From positions 1-11,157 of the forward strand of contig CBFGJN010000060.1 in assembly GCA_965649115.1 (NCBI GenBank): 11,157 bases of DNA. The letters are read 5' to 3'. Under the pieces are notes generated by a model, which was given only the letters and a program-made list of their open reading frames with translations, did no database searches and was not told the origin of the DNA. This document shows positions 8,203 to 11,157 of this stretch, one piece after another. The stretch's first letter is position 1, and every line of letters starts with the position of its first letter. The stretch comes from a candidate division WOR-3 bacterium. GTDB lineage: Bacteria; Hydrothermota; Hydrothermia; LBFQ01; DSFT01. The translations under genes and the position numbers were made by a program.

Positions 8203-9165
8203 TTGGAGCGTTATCCATTAGCTTGTATTATTTTAGCAGGTGGAAAATCAAAAAGAATGAAATCAAAAAAAAGTAAAGTATTACATAAACTTTGTGGAAA
8301 ACCTATAATAAGCTATTCAATTAAAGCTTGTAAAAGTTTAATTCCGGATGAACTATATATTGTAATCGGTCAAAATAGTGAAGATATAAAAAATGTTGTA
8401 AATGATGATAATATCGTTTTTGTCTATCAGAATGAGCCTCTTGGAACAGGCCATGCAGTTATGCAAGTCATTCCCTACATAAAAAATAAAGATATGGATG
8501 TTTTAATAATGCCAGCTGATGTTCCGTTAATAAGAATAGAAACGATAAAAGAATTATATAAATTTCATAAAGAAAATGATGCTATTGTTAGTATTTTAAC
8601 AACAGAAATACCAGATCCAACAGGATATGGAAGAATAATTAGAAGTAGTGGAAATAGAGTTCTGATGATTGTAGAAGAGGCAGATGCTTTTCCCGAAGAA
8701 AAACAAATAAAAGAAATAAATTCGGGTATATATATATTTGAAAGTAATATCTTAATTGAGGCGTTGAGTGAAATTAAACCTGATAACAAACAAGGTGAAT
8801 ATTATTTAACGGATGTTATTGCTATTATTCAAAGAAAATATGGAGGTGTTTATGCTTATAAGATAACTGATTGGAAAGAAATTATAGGTATAAATACAAG
8901 AGAACAGTTATCTCAAGCTCACTTAATTTTACAAGAAAGAATAATTAAAAAACATTTGGAAAATGGTGTTAGTATATTATTCCCGAACCTTGTCTATATA
9001 GAAGAAGATGTCATTATTGAAAATGATGTAGTAATTTATCCATTTGTTTCAATTCTTGGTAATAGTTATATTAGTGAAGATTGTGAAATTGGTCCTAATG
9101 TTGTTTTAGAAAATTACAAGACTAAGAAAGGTGAAATTATAAGAAATGCTTATTTAAAAGGATGA
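8203..9165 (+). CDS. glmU: GlmU-like UDP-N-acetylglucosamine pyrophosphorylase (N-terminal domain plus a short beta-helix stub)
   Basis: IILAGGKSKRMKS..KVLH, Q.EPLGTGHAV, ADVPLI, DPTGYGRIIR, IVEE.DA, EINSGIY, NKQGEYYLTD and GINTREQL. Only 320 aa, with few hexapeptide repeats. TTG start. Confidence 0.82.
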   Translation: MERYPLACIILAGGKSKRMKSKKSKVLHKLCGKPIISYSIKACKSLIPDELYIVIGQNSEDIKNVVNDDNIVFVYQNEPLGTGHAVMQVIPYIKNKDMDVLIMPADVPLIRIETIKELYKFHKENDAIVSILTTEIPDPTGYGRIIRSSGNRVLMIVEEADAFPEEKQIKEINSGIYIFESNILIEALSEIKPDNKQGEYYLTDVIAIIQRKYGGVYAYKITDWKEIIGINTREQLSQAHLILQERIIKKHLENGVSILFPNLVYIEEDVIIENDVVIYPFVSILGNSYISEDCEIGPNVVLENYKTKKGEIIRNAYLKG

Positions 9166-10562
9166 CCGTTTTAGAACTTTTAAAACTTTTAAGAAAAAGG
9201 GAAATAACACCATATGAATTAATTTTAGAGTACATTAAAGTTATTGAAGAAAAGGAAAATGTTTATAATGCATTTATTAATGTTTATAAGGAAGAGGCTA
9301 TTAGGAAAGCATTAGAACTTTCAAGACAGGATCCTGATAATTATTTGTTATATGGAATTCCAATTGGTATTAAAGATAACATAGCTGTTGAAAATATGGA
9401 ATTAACTTGCGGTTCAAGAATTTTACTTGGATTTAAATCTCCTTACTCTGCAACTGCTGTTAAAAGATTAATAAATGAAGGTGCAATAATTATTGGAAAA
9501 ACAAATTTGGATGAATTCGGAATGGGTTGCTCTACGGAATTTTCTTACTTTGGACCTACAAAAAATTCTATAAATCCTGAATATGTTGCTGGTGGTTCTT
9601 CTGGTGGTTCAGCAGTTGCTGTTAAAATTGGAGAATGTGCTATTTCCCTTGGTTCAGATACGGGAGGCTCAATAAGACAACCTTCTGCATTTAATGGACT
9701 TGTTGGACTTAAACCAACTTATGGTAGGGTTTCAAGATATGGTCTTGTGGCATTTGCTTCAAGCTTAGACCAAATTGGACCAATTGGATTAAATGTTAGA
9801 GATGTAGCATATATTTGGACAATAATTTCAGGATATGACCCAAAGGATAGTACAAGTGTAAATATTCAAGTTGAAAAATTTGATGAAATTTTTAGATTTA
9901 AAAAGTACAAAATTGGCATTCCAAGAGATATTATTACCGATGATGTTGATAAGGAAATAAAAGAAGGTTTTGAATATGCTATAAAAAAACTTATAGATAT
10001 GGGTCATATTGTTGAGGATATTAAATTAGATTATTGGAAATATGCATTAAGTGTTTATCATATAATAAGCTCATCAGAAGCAAGTTCAAATTTATTAAGA
10101 TATGATGGGATAAGGTATGGTTATAGAGCTGATGGTGATGATTTAATTGAAGTTTATTTCAAGACAAGAAGTGAAGGATTTGGTGATGAGGTTAAAAGAA
10201 GAATTTTAATTGGAACGTTTTGCTTATCCTATGGATATTATGATGAGTACTATATAAAGGCAAGTAAGGTTAGAAGGTTATTAAAAGAAGATTTTATTAA
10301 TGCCTTTAAGAATGTTGATGTTATAATTACTCCAACAGTTCCAACATTTCCTTGGAAAATTGGAGAAAGAATAGATGACCCTATGAAAATGTACTTAGCG
10401 GACATTTATACTGTTCTTGCTAATTTGGTTGGTATTCCTGCAATTTCAGTTCCTATACAAAAGGCAAAAAATGGTTTTTATATTAATTTACAAATCATGG
10501 GGAATTATTTTAGAGAAGCTGATATTTTAGATTTAGCAGAACAAATTTTTTATGATAAATAA
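9162..10562 (+). CDS. gatA: Asp-tRNA(Asn)/Glu-tRNA(Gln) amidotransferase subunit A
   Basis: Amidase signature GIPIGIKDNI, GKTNLDEFGMG, GGSSGGSA and GSDTGGSIRQP, plus GatA-typical SEASSNLLRYDGIRYG and RSEGFGDEVKRRILIGT. The start overlaps the glmU stop (ATGA). Confidence 0.95.
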   Translation: MTVLELLKLLRKREITPYELILEYIKVIEEKENVYNAFINVYKEEAIRKALELSRQDPDNYLLYGIPIGIKDNIAVENMELTCGSRILLGFKSPYSATAVKRLINEGAIIIGKTNLDEFGMGCSTEFSYFGPTKNSINPEYVAGGSSGGSAVAVKIGECAISLGSDTGGSIRQPSAFNGLVGLKPTYGRVSRYGLVAFASSLDQIGPIGLNVRDVAYIWTIISGYDPKDSTSVNIQVEKFDEIFRFKKYKIGIPRDIITDDVDKEIKEGFEYAIKKLIDMGHIVEDIKLDYWKYALSVYHIISSSEASSNLLRYDGIRYGYRADGDDLIEVYFKTRSEGFGDEVKRRILIGTFCLSYGYYDEYYIKASKVRRLLKEDFINAFKNVDVIITPTVPTFPWKIGERIDDPMKMYLADIYTVLANLVGIPAISVPIQKAKNGFYINLQIMGNYFREADILDLAEQIFYDK

Positions 10563-10579
10563 TTCGTCAAGTAAATTTT

Positions 10580-11157
10580 ATTGAGGAATTTAATGGAACA
10601 AAGCCCCCCCAAATGCAAACAGGAAGACTTAGTTATAGGGTGGTTGGGGAAAATATAATAAAATACTAGACAAGGCATTAAAACTTTGCAAGGTTATGAA
10701 TTTTTAATGGAAACTATTGATTTTATGGGGGGTTGCCCCCCGTAGGCAAAAGTTGGGGTTTTTATAAGCCGAAGGCTTATATTCAGGGTGGGTTGGAAAA
10801 ATAAAGAAAAATAAATAGTTTTAGAATTATTGGACAAGGCATCCATAAAATGCTTTGTCTAGTAATTATTGTTAAGTCTTTGATTATCAATAACTTACGA
10901 AAATTTTACTGAAAATATAGATTTTGGGGGGGAATTTAAGGGGGGCGGAGCCCCCTTCAGCAGAAAAATGGGAATTTATAAGGCTCCGCCTTATTATCAG
11001 GGCGGGTGGGAAAAATAAGAAATAATTATACTTCCAGAATTACTAGACACAGCACCATAAATTGCTTTGTCCAATAATTATTGTTAAGCGATTGATAATC
11101 AATAATTTATAAAATTTTTAAGGAAATTGTTGATTTATTGGGGGGATTATTAGGGGG
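10580..11157 (+). repeat. Tandem array of the ~214-bp modular palindromic repeat (degenerate partial unit, 148-bp deleted unit, full 214-bp unit, unit truncated by the window edge)
   Basis: Unit anchors are ATAGGGTGGTTGGGG at 10635, TCAGGGTGGGTTGG at 10783 and TCAGGGCGGGTGGG at 10997 (spacings 148 and 214). Long inverted repeats at 10825-10867 and 11038-11079, palindromes at 10873-10897 and 11085-11109, hairpins at 10724-10744, 10763-10781, 10941-10955 and 10978-10994. Confidence 0.95.

Noticed and set aside
8565..8789. 74-aa ORF on the - strand
   Set aside because: Antisense shadow inside the glmU-like gene.
10871..10877. Integron attC site (GTTAAGT/GTTAAGC fits GTTRRRY in each full unit)
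   Set aside because: There is no matching upstream RYYYAAC inverse core, no cassette ORFs between units and no integrase.
10580..11157. CRISPR or TIGR-type guide array
   Set aside because: The period is 148-214 bp and whole units are homologous. There are no short constant repeats with unique spacers, and no cas gene.

Overview
Very AT-rich bacterial DNA carrying ten densely packed, mostly housekeeping and cell-envelope genes. On the - strand: a membrane protein followed by murF, and a small rhodanese-like gene. On the + strand: asnS, a GT4 glycosyltransferase, an atypical receiver-domain protein, lysA, a NodU/CmcH-family carbamoyltransferase, a short glmU-like gene and gatA. The most notable feature is non-coding. 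Both ends of the window carry copies of one ~214-bp modular repeat, made of a GGGYGGG box, a ~43-bp imperfect inverted repeat, a 25-bp TTGATWATCAA palindrome, a G-run and two GC-rich triloop hairpins. It forms a tandem array at 10580-11157 (+) and occurs in the opposite orientation at 1-231. A fragment at about 8111-8170 appears to supply the -35 box of a promoter in front of glmU-gatA. Hairpin positions are conserved between copies while their sequences co-vary or swap arms. No transposase or cas gene lies in the window. The first genes of the transcription units share a TAAAAT box close to the start codon, suggesting leaderless or short-leader transcripts. All calls are by-eye motif recognition; no searches were run.
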